64,000 nucleotides of DNA, from NCBI GenBank assembly GCA_028279595.1, contig JANQNK010000019.1:1-64000 (forward strand), written 5' to 3'. The stretch comes from Thermoplasmatota archaeon. Its GTDB lineage: Archaea; Thermoplasmatota; JAKEGO01. Positions 19,404-28,351 of this stretch are shown piece after piece. The first letter of the stretch is position 1. Every line of letters starts with the position of its first letter. Under the pieces are notes generated by a model. The model had not been told where the DNA came from. It did not search any database and was given only the letters and a program-made list of their open reading frames with translations. The position numbers and the translations under genes are program-made.

Positions 19404-20035
19404 GGAGTATCGGCCTCCCGGAATGCGCCTTTCTGCTGAGTAATATTGATACCTTTGATCAGTGAAGATGACGATTTAATTACACGCTCATGGTACTGAA
19501 CTTCCTTGTCAAGGTACTTGCCCATGATGTGAATCTTCGCTTGATCCACATTGGCGAATGTGATGCCACTATGATTGACATATTGAATAGGACGGACCAT
19601 CGCCTTTTCGTACAGGTGAGGGCCGAACTTGATGATTCCACCATTAACGGAACGTTCTGCGATCACTACGAAATTATTGGTTTTGTCGTTGTCAGAATAT
19701 ACAGCAGTCTCGACGGTCATTGCAAAACGCATTATGAAATTAATGCCGACCATTATAGACATGACCTGGCCGAAGGTGTACAACATATGGATCTCGTCCA
19801 TTGTAATCGGTTCGTATGGACCGTAGTAATGATGTTCCCGAATCATTCCTCGAGGAAGCATGTAATACTGAGCGAAGAGAAGTACAGCACCACAGAAAAT
19901 GAATGGCATCAGTGAGACGATAACTCGTTTTACCATCTCTTTTCTAAATGCCATGATGTACTCTGCATGTTCTTTGTCGAGGCGCTCTCGAGAGTCTTCA
20001 AAGCCAGGAGTCTCACCCTCGACGATGAAGAACAC
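19400..20035 (-). CDS. 2-TM membrane protein
   Basis: Two hydrophobic helices followed by a soluble domain; overlaps the ATPase stop. Confidence 0.7.
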   Translation of the reverse strand: MFFIVEGETPGFEDSRERLDKEHAEYIMAFRKEMVKRVIVSLMPFIFCGAVLLFAQYYMLPRGMIREHHYYGPYEPITMDEIHMLYTFGQVMSIMVGINFIMRFAMTVETAVYSDNDKTNNFVVIAERSVNGGIIKFGPHLYEKAMVRPIQYVNHSGITFANVDQAKIHIMGKYLDKEVQYHERVIKSSSSLIKGINITQQKGAFREADTP

Positions 20036-20753
20036 CTCCTTTCAATTCGTGGACCGAGAACATATTCTGAAGGATGTCTCGACCCCATGCAGAACCTCGT
20101 AATGCGTAAGGAGACCGATGGCCCACTAGTAAGAAAACGATTCCTCGTTTCCTTCCCTGAAAAATTAGATTTGGGACCATGCTGTTCACGTCGTGACGCT
20201 CTAGACCCTCGGTCTCCTCGAGAACTACTATCGTCCCGAAACGATCTCGGTGAATCTCGTTGGAACGACGGATGAGTGAGGTGATAAGAAGCACTAATTG
20301 AAAGTGGCTATAGTCTGGGTGAGGGGTTATCCGAATCCGTGATTCTAGATTTAAAACCTTGATGATATCTTGACCGTTGAATAACGGGGAAAGCTTGTCA
20401 ATTGCACGGTTGAAAGCATCAGATTGGGTCTTTGACAGACCGTTCAAATCAAATGATTCTCCACGTAATCTAGGAACGAGATAATGCGTGTATTGTGCTT
20501 CAGTACGAAGAAGAGCTTGCACTAATTCTACGTTAACCATTGATCTAGGTAGTCCAACATTAACACGACGACCACGGTATTCGTTTTCATAGTCAAATAC
20601 AACAACACGATGAGGTGTCGAATTCAATAAATCTTGAACGTAACGGGTCTTTCCAGAAGCAACCTTTCCATATAAATAGTGAGCATAACCACGTTGTCCA
20701 CCAACTTCAATTTGTGATAATTCATTCAATACAAACTCAGGGAGTTGATTCAA
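20013..20753 (-). CDS. Minimal FtsK/HerA-superfamily ATPase (A32/P9-like packaging or extrusion motor)
   Basis: Walker A GKVASGKT, VVVFDYENEY, Walker B IVVLEE, arginine finger GRKRG; probable TTG start at 20753 overlapping the upstream TGA. Confidence 0.82.
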   Translation of the reverse strand: MNQLPEFVLNELSQIEVGGQRGYAHYLYGKVASGKTRYVQDLLNSTPHRVVVFDYENEYRGRRVNVGLPRSMVNVELVQALLRTEAQYTHYLVPRLRGESFDLNGLSKTQSDAFNRAIDKLSPLFNGQDIIKVLNLESRIRITPHPDYSHFQLVLLITSLIRRSNEIHRDRFGTIVVLEETEGLERHDVNSMVPNLIFQGRKRGIVFLLVGHRSPYALRGSAWGRDILQNMFSVHELKGGVLHRRG

Positions 20754-21157
20754 CCGAAAACCCCCTGAGAGGGACGCAGTATCCGGATGAAGGGGACCAC
20801 CCAAATAAAGTTTGCAAGTGCTCTGCGCCCCTCGTTGCTTGAAATATGGAAGAGTCCGGCCTTGCGAATGTCGCCCTCACAAGGTGGAAATTCCCGGCAC
20901 TCTTCCAAAGAGAAAAACGATTTCAGTTTACTTAATAGTTGTGTGTATATAACCACACAGTTTGGGGGATACGCAGGGACCAATATTGGTATTCCGGATT
21001 TCAGGTGGCGGACGTATCCCCCGTTGTGGGCTTTTCGGAAGAGAACCCTTAGGGGTGACGATGCGTTTTTCCAATGGGTACAACAATCTATCTCTTCCGA
21101 TAAAGGAACGACATGGATTGACGTATATATACGTTTTAGAAAAAACCGGACAATCAA
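20750..21157 (-). CDS. Hypothetical protein (probable TTG start, 135 aa)
   Basis: AAGGAGG precedes TTG at 21157, which overlaps the upstream stop; its own stop overlaps the ATPase start. Confidence 0.55.
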   Translation of the reverse strand: MIVRFFLKRIYTSIHVVPLSEEIDCCTHWKNASSPLRVLFRKAHNGGYVRHLKSGIPILVPAYPPNCVVIYTQLLSKLKSFFSLEECREFPPCEGDIRKAGLFHISSNEGRRALANFIWVVPFIRILRPSQGVFG

Positions 21158-21345
21158 GGATGATGGCCTCCTTGAGTATAGGGGAGGATATTCGAAGGAT
21201 GGGACGCATCTTTCAAAATCATATCCTCCCCGACGAACAAAGAACCTTGACGTTTTGGAACTCCAAGATACAATCCACATCTCGGGCAGTAATCGTGCGA
21301 TTCACAGTCCCTGAAACCACAACAAGGGCATAGAATGCAAGCCAC
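21154..21345 (-). CDS. Small zinc-finger protein
   Basis: CPCCG and CPRCG motifs. Confidence 0.6.
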   Translation of the reverse strand: MACILCPCCGFRDCESHDYCPRCGLYLGVPKRQGSLFVGEDMILKDASHPSNILPYTQGGHHP

Positions 21346-21374
21346 GAAACCACCAATAAAAATGGGGAGGGGGA

Positions 21375-21818
21375 TTACTCCCCCAGAGTTGCCCTCTCTG
21401 CCATTGTCTCCGCTGCGACTCGGACATCATCCAACGACATGACCGCCATCTCGTCGTAGGTCCGATTGTCGGTGCCCTTCCTCTTGTAGATATGAGCTAC
21501 AAAGAGATCCCCTGGCTCAAGGTTTCGCATAGCATCATGCTTGGCATAGCGCATATGATTCATCTCATAAACGCTATTCACCGGTTCACCCGGACGACCT
21601 CCGATGAACCAGATCTTCGCATCGGTCTGGGGAGTAGACTTCTTCTGTCCATCCTTCTCCCACTCACCAGTGCTGATCTCCTTCGAAAGGAGACAGGCAA
21701 AGTAGAACCCTACGTTGGGTGTTCCCATGTACATCGGGATGTCCGTAGGGATATCACCTACTTCCATACCAAAGAGTTCCGCTGCCGTTCCAATCACGTT
21801 TTCCGCTGCCGCTTCCAT
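21375..21818 (-). CDS. Hypothetical protein, candidate OB-fold ssDNA-binding protein
   Basis: GGAGG RBS; beta-rich LEPGDLFVAHIYKRKG...TY pattern reminiscent of phage SSB OB folds (inference). Confidence 0.6.
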   Translation of the reverse strand: MEAAAENVIGTAAELFGMEVGDIPTDIPMYMGTPNVGFYFACLLSKEISTGEWEKDGQKKSTPQTDAKIWFIGGRPGEPVNSVYEMNHMRYAKHDAMRNLEPGDLFVAHIYKRKGTDNRTYDEMAVMSLDDVRVAAETMAERATLGE

Positions 21819-21929
21819 ATTTTCATTCCTCCAATTATGCTGTCTGTCCTAACTCAGAAGGACCGTGATTCATGAACTCCTCAAGCACTCTGGCATACTC
21901 CGAAATGACCGCCTCAAAATCATTAGTCA

Positions 21930-21947
21930 CAAATCCGGGCGGGCCCA
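21930..21947 (+). repeat. attR core CAAATCCGGGCGGGCCCA
   Basis: Identical to 7400-7417. Confidence 0.93.
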
Positions 21948-21976
21948 TCGTTACTCATTGATCTATCATAGAAGAT

Positions 21977-22212
21977 GGGCCCTTCCTCTCCTCGAAATAA
22001 TCCTAGATCCGATTAAAGCATTTCGAGGATCCGGGTATTCCAACTGATTATTCCAAGCGGGCCCACTCGCCCTCTCGTGGAACAGGTCTTCATTAAACTA
22101 ACATCATGTTCCACGATCCGGGAATAATGCGAGGCCGATCACTTCGGGCCCACTCGCCCTCTCGTGGAACAGGTCTTCAATAACCTAGCATCATATTCCA
22201 CGATCCGGGAAT
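21977..22212. repeat. Tandem hairpin repeat array (three units, 81-87 bp period)
   Basis: 22058-22125 and 22145-22212 are 68-bp copies with 4 differences; a diverged unit starts at 21977. Confidence 0.85.
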
Positions 22213-22213
22213 G

Positions 22214-22951
22214 TTAGGGGAACAGAGAGAGCTTGAAGTTGTCGAGCACCATAACCGCATTTCCATCGATTCCCAGGTTCACCTGCCAGTTCTCAACACC
22301 TCTTGCCTGGGCATCCTCCGCTGCAGCGAAGATCCTCTCGTTATCCTTAGCCCTGGGAGGTGGAACGAACGGAGGCGCATCGTACATGAAGGCGAGCAGG
22401 AGGATGGCTCTGGAACCTTCCCCCTTCTGATCGGCGAGCTCCCCGAAGTGCTTTATCAATCTGTCGAATTGGTCGAACCTCGACGGAGGACGGGTCTTCG
22501 TCTTGGTCCTGGTTCCTACGGGGAGGTCGATCAGAGGCATCTTCACCTCGATGTAGGCGTTTCCGACCTTGAGGTCGAGCCTTGAGTCACCGAGCGCGAC
22601 CTCGTGCTTGATCTCACCTCCTTCCGGAAGCATTTCGTCGAAGGCGCCCTCCCGGATGAAGTGCTCGACGTACTTGTTTATACGGTTCTGGTTGATGCCT
22701 ATCCAGGATTTATTCTTTCGCTCGGGCGGATCGACGGAGATGGCCTCTACGGTAAAGTCGGTCGTCCGGCCCTTGGTCTGGGCGGGTGTCATTAGGCACG
22801 GGACGTCCTCGAAGACGATATTGCCGATCCTTCCCGTCGAGGGACAGTGACAGCGATGCTCCACACCATCGATGTCGACGAACATGATGAACCTGTTCGG
22901 TCTCGACTTGATCAGCCCCTCCACGAGTGGCTCGTTGAACTTGATCTGCAT
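22214..22951 (-). CDS. sfsA: SfsA-family nuclease (sugar fermentation stimulation protein)
   Basis: RPNRF, HCPSTGR, SRLD, YIEVK and RLIKH motifs. Confidence 0.9.
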   Translation of the reverse strand: MQIKFNEPLVEGLIKSRPNRFIMFVDIDGVEHRCHCPSTGRIGNIVFEDVPCLMTPAQTKGRTTDFTVEAISVDPPERKNKSWIGINQNRINKYVEHFIREGAFDEMLPEGGEIKHEVALGDSRLDLKVGNAYIEVKMPLIDLPVGTRTKTKTRPPSRFDQFDRLIKHFGELADQKGEGSRAILLLAFMYDAPPFVPPPRAKDNERIFAAAEDAQARGVENWQVNLGIDGNAVMVLDNFKLSLFP

Positions 22952-22994
22952 TGTCGATGGAAGAGTGCCTTCATACTTATTGTTGACCGCGAAT

Positions 22995-24404
22995 TCAGAA
23001 CTTCTTGAAGACCATGATGATTATCGGCGCCATTATTATCACGAAGACGAAGAACAGGATCGGCATGATCATGTCGCTGCCCTCGTCGGACTCCTCCTCT
23101 CGGGCGTTGTGCTGATAGAAGTTCGTAACGGAGAGCTCCGGGTCGTGGACTATCTTGTCGCCTCCGGGATACGAGAAGCCGCCAATCACGTAATAACCGG
23201 AATAGATACCGTTGTCACCGGGCCATATGATCCTCCTACCGCCCTGGATCTGGAAGTACATGTCCTCGACACTCTCGGTCCCGTTCCTGGTGACCGTTAC
23301 GTTCTTGACCCACGAGAACCGGCTGTACCTGCCCCAGTCGTCGTTGGTATCCAATCTTTCATTGATCAGCTTCTTGGGCTGTTTTACGGCGAACGCATCC
23401 GTGGTCCGGTCCTCCTGGACGGTCCAAAGGCCGTCTTCGGTGCGGTACTCGAGGACTCCGACCCTGTCCTCATCCTGGATGAACTGGAGGTTGATCCACT
23501 TCAGCATTGCGTAGGACACGGCGTTCCCGAGGATGGAATGCGTCTCCAGCAATATCCCAGGGTTCTCATTGGTCGGATCGAGGTCCCATCCCTCGATCAC
23601 ATGGTCGACCTTCGATCTGTATCTGAGGACCCGCCCGTTCACCGTACGTTCACCGGTGGCCTCGGTATTGACGATCTCGGGAGGTTCCGCCGAACTGAGG
23701 TCGCCCTCGGTCGCTGTTATCCTGATGTTGTACTCAGGGACTGTGTATGTAGCGGACCTCATGTAGGCCTGCAGGCTGAACTTGAACTGTACCATGTCGA
23801 GAGTGTCCTCGGTCGCGTTCGGTGTGATGTAAGGGAGGTCCCGTGCCGTGATGGTGAACTCCCATGACTTCCATTTCTCGGTATTGTTCGAGGCTGCCTT
23901 GACATTGCCCGGCTGCCACGAGGTGTTGAGATCGACGGCTTTGAGAATGGGTTCGTTCTTCACCAGCGACAGCGCGCCGAAACCGGTGCCTATCCTGGTG
24001 AGATTGCAGATCCCGTCACCGTTCGTATCATTGAACTCGAACAACGAGGCGAGGCGCACCGCATAGATCGTGCGTATCGCCACCGGTTCCCCCTGGGCGT
24101 AGCTCGCGTTCTCCGTGTCGGTGACGTTCACCTTGCCCAGATAACGGTTCATGCTGACAAAGATCACCGGCGAGTTGGGATTCTCATCGGTCCCATACAC
24201 GACCGCGAAAAGCGCGTCCGTTCCGAACCTGATCCCTATGTAGTCACCGCCGCCAAAGGCCTCGGTGTCCCCCGTCTCCTTGATCAATGACTCCTTGTAA
24301 ACGGTCTGACCCTCCACACCGATGTTCATCATCGGCAGGAGGAGGCAGAACGCCAGAACGATCGACAACAACTTGGTCCCAACAATGAAACTATCGCGTT
24401 TCAT
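22995..24404 (-). CDS. Membrane-anchored cell-surface protein (start ATG 24404)
   Basis: GGAGTGA RBS, signal peptide, EFNDTNGDG motif, C-terminal TM followed by KK. Confidence 0.75.
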   Translation of the reverse strand: MKRDSFIVGTKLLSIVLAFCLLLPMMNIGVEGQTVYKESLIKETGDTEAFGGGDYIGIRFGTDALFAVVYGTDENPNSPVIFVSMNRYLGKVNVTDTENASYAQGEPVAIRTIYAVRLASLFEFNDTNGDGICNLTRIGTGFGALSLVKNEPILKAVDLNTSWQPGNVKAASNNTEKWKSWEFTITARDLPYITPNATEDTLDMVQFKFSLQAYMRSATYTVPEYNIRITATEGDLSSAEPPEIVNTEATGERTVNGRVLRYRSKVDHVIEGWDLDPTNENPGILLETHSILGNAVSYAMLKWINLQFIQDEDRVGVLEYRTEDGLWTVQEDRTTDAFAVKQPKKLINERLDTNDDWGRYSRFSWVKNVTVTRNGTESVEDMYFQIQGGRRIIWPGDNGIYSGYYVIGGFSYPGGDKIVHDPELSVTNFYQHNAREEESDEGSDMIMPILFFVFVIIMAPIIIMVFKKF

Positions 24405-24699
24405 CCAATCACTCCTTGCATCTGAATGGACGCAGCCTGGTCGTCGGTTGCATCCCGCCTGACAAGGCGTTTCAGTGTATATAAAACGAGTAGAAGGACC
24501 GTCCTCGGATAATATCGTTGAAAAAGGCTCATTTCGGGCTCTAGATACTGAAAACAGCATTCTAGATAAATATGAATCGATGTTTCAAGAACATGTTTTA
24601 CAAAATCGAGAATATGACCATTGAAACGCACGATTTCGTGAGTTCTCCACCTGAAACGAGGGATAACTACATAAAGGGGTATTCCCATCCAGGAGCGGG

Positions 24700-25410
24700 A
24701 TGGGAATGCACAAGGCAGATGTCGTCGGTTACAGTCCCGAACCGGTTTCGGTCAGGGGCTGGAAGGAGAAGGAAGCCACCGGTCTCCGTGCTAAGTTCTC
24801 AGTACGCTCCTGGCTGAAACGCTTGTTCAGGCGCAAGAACATCAAGATCGGGATATACGGACCGCCGAACGCCGGAAAGACGACCCTAGCGAACAGGATC
24901 GTCATGGATTGGGCCGGCGAGGTGATGGGATCGGTGTCCGACGTCCCGCACGAGACCAGGAAGACCAAGGTCAAGAAGAACATCGCCATCAAGCATGGCA
25001 AGAAGAGCCTGAGCCTGGACATCGTGGACACCCCCGGTGTCGCGACGAAGATAGACTTCCACGAGTTCGTCGACACCTACGGTATGAGCGAGGACGACTC
25101 GAGGCTCAGGGCCCGCGAGGCGACAGAGGGAGTGATCGAGGCCATCAAGTGGCTCGACGAGATCGACGGCATCCTGCTGGCCATGGATTCCTCGGAGGAC
25201 CCGTTCACCCAGGTGAACATAACGATCCTCGGGAACCTCGAGGCCAGGAAGCTCCCGATACTCATAGTTGCCAACAAGGTTGACATCCCCGGGACGGATG
25301 CCGCCGTGATAAAGAACGCCTTCCCACAGCACCCTTCGGTGCCAGTCAGCGCGTTGACCGGGTACAACATGGAGCGCCTCTACGAGGCGATGGTGAAGCA
25401 CTTCAGGTGA
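24700..25410 (+). CDS. Era-like GTPase (OapA-like)
   Basis: GPPNAGKT, PHETR, DTPG, DPFTQVN and ANKVD motifs. Confidence 0.88.
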   Translation: MGMHKADVVGYSPEPVSVRGWKEKEATGLRAKFSVRSWLKRLFRRKNIKIGIYGPPNAGKTTLANRIVMDWAGEVMGSVSDVPHETRKTKVKKNIAIKHGKKSLSLDIVDTPGVATKIDFHEFVDTYGMSEDDSRLRAREATEGVIEAIKWLDEIDGILLAMDSSEDPFTQVNITILGNLEARKLPILIVANKVDIPGTDAAVIKNAFPQHPSVPVSALTGYNMERLYEAMVKHFR

Positions 25411-25414
25411 TATC

Positions 25415-25837
25415 ATGTCCGACGGTGTTTCTATAAATCTGATCTCCCGGGAGAAGCTAACGACGATGAACGAGGAGGAGAAGGTCGCCTTCATACTGTC
25501 CGAGGTGATGGACGGCAAGGTGCTGGTACTCGAGGAGGGACTGTCCCCCGTCGAGGAGGCGGACCTCATGAGGCGTACAATGGCGTCGATAGACCACGAC
25601 ACCTTCATAGGGATCGAGATACAGGGTTACTACAACGCCAACGACCTGAAGAGATCGGCGTTCAAGCGGTTCTTCGCACGACGGACCCCTCCGAGGATGA
25701 CCGTCATCGGACCGGCAGCGCATCTTAGGACCATCTACAAGGACGGTTCCGTGATCCAGGCGCTGATCCTGACCGAGAAGCCGTACATCGAGGGCCAGGC
25801 CGAGGCCCCGCCGGTCGCCCAGGCGACGGAGGCGTGA
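25415..25837 (+). CDS. DUF2073-family protein (OapB-like)
   Basis: VLVLEEGLSP.EE..L...TM..ID...F.GIEI and MTVIGPA; syntenic with the Era-like GTPase. Confidence 0.85.
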   Translation: MSDGVSINLISREKLTTMNEEEKVAFILSEVMDGKVLVLEEGLSPVEEADLMRRTMASIDHDTFIGIEIQGYYNANDLKRSAFKRFFARRTPPRMTVIGPAAHLRTIYKDGSVIQALILTEKPYIEGQAEAPPVAQATEA

Positions 25838-25904
25838 CCTTGGACCCGAAGGAGAAGAAACGGAACCCTCGCGATATCTCGTACATCGACGAGTGGACAT
25901 GATC

Positions 25905-26924
25905 CTAGAAGAAGTCCTCGAGGCTCTTCTGGCTCGCCGCATCACGGTATTTCGCCATCTTCCTTATCGATGACTCGACACGGGACTCCGAGAATTCGTA
26001 ACCGTTGCAGAGCAGCGCCTTCAACCTCTCCTCGTCCGGCGCGGGCCAATCCAGCTTGTAGTCGTCGGTGACCTCTGGTTCGAGGAATAGACCGAGGATC
26101 TCGTCGAGGTCAGGGATCTCGTACTCCTTGGCCTCGATCACCGACCGGACGTCGCCGTGCTCCTTGATCAGTTTCAATCCCTTCTTCGGGCCGATCCCCT
26201 TGATCCCGGGATTGAAATCCGTTCCGGCGAGGACCGCGAGGCCGACGAGCTGCTCCCTGTCGATGTCGAGCTCGTTCAGGACCACGTCGAGGTGGATGAC
26301 CTCGGGGACGACGTCGACGTACCTCTGCTGCCTGGGCAGTTTCCGGCGACCGCTAATTGTCATGTTCCTGACGAGCCTGGGCGCGCCGAAGAGGAGGGAA
26401 TCGAAGTCCTGGGACCCGGCACCCCAGACATCTCCCTTGGCTGCCATGTAGCTCGCCTGGGCCTCCCCCTCGGAGGGTGCCGTGAGGTACGGGATCCCCA
26501 GCGCTGACAGGAGTTCCCTGCTCGACAGTATCACGTCGTCGGTGATCCGGGTCGTCTGCATCGCCTTCGATCTGGCTCGCTCCATGTCGCCTGCCGCGAG
26601 GGCCTCCTTGTACTCCGCCTCGGCCTTGACCTTGCGCTCCTTCCGGGCGATGAGGGTCTCCATCTTCAGTGGGTGCGGAACGCCGTCGAAGACGAAGACT
26701 GGCTGGACCCCGTTCGCCAGCAGGTTCGTCGTCCTCTGAAGGATCCCGCTCAGATGGGAGACTACCCGACCCCTGCTGTCCATCAGCGGCTTCCCGTCGG
26801 GCATTCGTACGCTGGAGAGGAACTGGTAGATCGTGTTGTAGGCGTCTATTGCGATGGCCTTGCCTGCGAGGTCTGGAATGCCGCGTCTCTCGGCGACGAT
26901 CAGTCCGGACAGATCGAATCCCAT
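25905..26924 (-). CDS. fen: Flap endonuclease 1
   Basis: AIDAYN.IYQFL, APSEGEAQA, SQDFDSLLFG, GTDFNPG and C-terminal PIP box QKSLEDFF; start MGFDL. Confidence 0.95.
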   Translation of the reverse strand: MGFDLSGLIVAERRGIPDLAGKAIAIDAYNTIYQFLSSVRMPDGKPLMDSRGRVVSHLSGILQRTTNLLANGVQPVFVFDGVPHPLKMETLIARKERKVKAEAEYKEALAAGDMERARSKAMQTTRITDDVILSSRELLSALGIPYLTAPSEGEAQASYMAAKGDVWGAGSQDFDSLLFGAPRLVRNMTISGRRKLPRQQRYVDVVPEVIHLDVVLNELDIDREQLVGLAVLAGTDFNPGIKGIGPKKGLKLIKEHGDVRSVIEAKEYEIPDLDEILGLFLEPEVTDDYKLDWPAPDEERLKALLCNGYEFSESRVESSIRKMAKYRDAASQKSLEDFF

Positions 26925-27014
26925 GGGTCTCCGGCCGATATCTGCAAAGCGGTATTTAGAATTGACAGTCGGAACCTCGACAATGTATTTTAGGGGCGAA
27001 ATGGATGGAGGCAC

Positions 27015-27683
27015 ATGACGTTATCCGTCGTTCTCCTGTCGGGCGGGCTAGATTCCACCACGATCCTGGCGATGGCGCTGAAGGAGGGTGACGCCGTCGC
27101 CCTCACCTTCGACTACGGACAGAGGCACAGCCGAGAGGTCGAGAGGGCGAAACGTATCTCGGAGCATTACGGGATTCAGCAGATAGTGTTCCCTCTCTAC
27201 CTGCAGGGATTCGACTCGGCCCTCATCAAGAAGGCGGACGAGATCCCCGAAGGGGTCGAGGTCCGGGAGGAGATACCGGAGACCTACGTCCCCGCGAGGA
27301 ACATCCTCTTCCTGACGGTCGCCCTCGGTGTGGCCGAGTCCATCGGCGCCGACAGGATATACATCGGGGTCAATGCGGTGGACTACAGCGGATATCCCGA
27401 CTGCAGACCGGAGTTCATCGAAGCGTTCCAGAGCATGGCCGAGGTCGGCACCAAGGCCGGCGTCGAGGGGCGTGCCCCGAGGGTGATGACGCCCATCCAG
27501 GACATGTCCAAGGCCGAGATAGTAAAGGTCGGAAAGGAGCTGGAGGTCCCCTGGGAGCTCACATGGTCATGCTACCGGGGCGAGGAGAAGGCCTGCGGGC
27601 GCTGCGACACATGCCTGCACCGATTGAAGGGCTTCCGGGAGGCCGGCGTCGAAGACCCAGTACCCTACGAGGAGATGGAATGA
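27015..27683 (+). CDS. queC: 7-cyano-7-deazaguanine synthase
   Basis: SGGLDS, YVPARN, GYPDCR and TWSCY...CGRCDTC. Confidence 0.95.
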   Translation: MTLSVVLLSGGLDSTTILAMALKEGDAVALTFDYGQRHSREVERAKRISEHYGIQQIVFPLYLQGFDSALIKKADEIPEGVEVREEIPETYVPARNILFLTVALGVAESIGADRIYIGVNAVDYSGYPDCRPEFIEAFQSMAEVGTKAGVEGRAPRVMTPIQDMSKAEIVKVGKELEVPWELTWSCYRGEEKACGRCDTCLHRLKGFREAGVEDPVPYEEME

Positions 27684-28351
27684 GGGTCGCGGTCCTCTTC
27701 TCTGGCGGAAAGGATTCCACCTATTCACTGCAATGGGCCGTCGATCAGGGACACGAGGTCGTATGTCTGCTGACGGTCATTTCGGAAAGAACGGACTCGT
27801 ACATGTACCAGGTCCACGGGATCGGTCTCGCATCATTCATCGCGGAAGCCCTCGGATATCCCCAGATCGTCGTTGAGACGACCGGTGAGAAGGAGGAGGA
27901 GCTCCTGCCCCTCCGGGAGGCACTTGGGGAGCTGGAGATCGACGGCGTCGTTTCCGGAGCCATCAGATCGACGTACCAGAAGAACAGGATCGACCTGATC
28001 TGCGAGCAATTAGGCCTGGAATCCTTCTCCCCATTGTGGCATACCGGCATGGGAAGGATCGACGGTATGGTCGAGGACGGATACGAGATAATGATCGTCG
28101 CGGTCGCGTCGATGGGGCTCGGCCCCGAATGGCTGGGCCGGACCCTCGACATCCCGGACCTGGAGGAGCTGCAGGAGCTCGAGAGGGAGTACGGCATGAA
28201 CCCTGACGGCGAGGGTGGCGAGTTCGAGACCTCAGTCCTGTACGGTCCCGGTTACTCGAAGAGGGTGACTATCGTTGAGAGCGAAGCCGTCTGGGAGCGT
28301 GACTCGGGACATCTGTCGATCAAGAAAGCGGTCCTGGAGGAGGTGAGCTGA
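27680..28351 (+). CDS. Diphthine--ammonia ligase
   Basis: LFSGGKDS, SYMY, GAI.S.YQ..R and GEGGEFET; ATG at 27680 overlaps the queC stop. Confidence 0.9.
   Translation: MRVAVLFSGGKDSTYSLQWAVDQGHEVVCLLTVISERTDSYMYQVHGIGLASFIAEALGYPQIVVETTGEKEEELLPLREALGELEIDGVVSGAIRSTYQKNRIDLICEQLGLESFSPLWHTGMGRIDGMVEDGYEIMIVAVASMGLGPEWLGRTLDIPDLEELQELEREYGMNPDGEGGEFETSVLYGPGYSKRVTIVESEAVWERDSGHLSIKKAVLEEVS

Larger units (their letters stand above)
7400..21947. mobile_element. Integrated provirus-like element (predicted circle 14,530 bp)
   Basis: Exact 18-bp direct repeat of the tRNA-Pro 3' end at both ends, integrase next to attL, clear drop in GC relative to the flanks, plus Rep, ATPase and membrane-protein operon. 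Confidence 0.93.

Noticed and set aside
20787-21333. Plus-strand 175-aa and 123-aa ORFs in the element
   Set aside because: They oppose a minus-strand chain supported by RBS motifs and TTGA overlaps.
21977-22212. CRISPR array interpretation
   Set aside because: Only 2-3 units, the repeat is about 65 bp and tRNA-derived, and there is no leader or cas gene. Reported as a non-CRISPR array instead.
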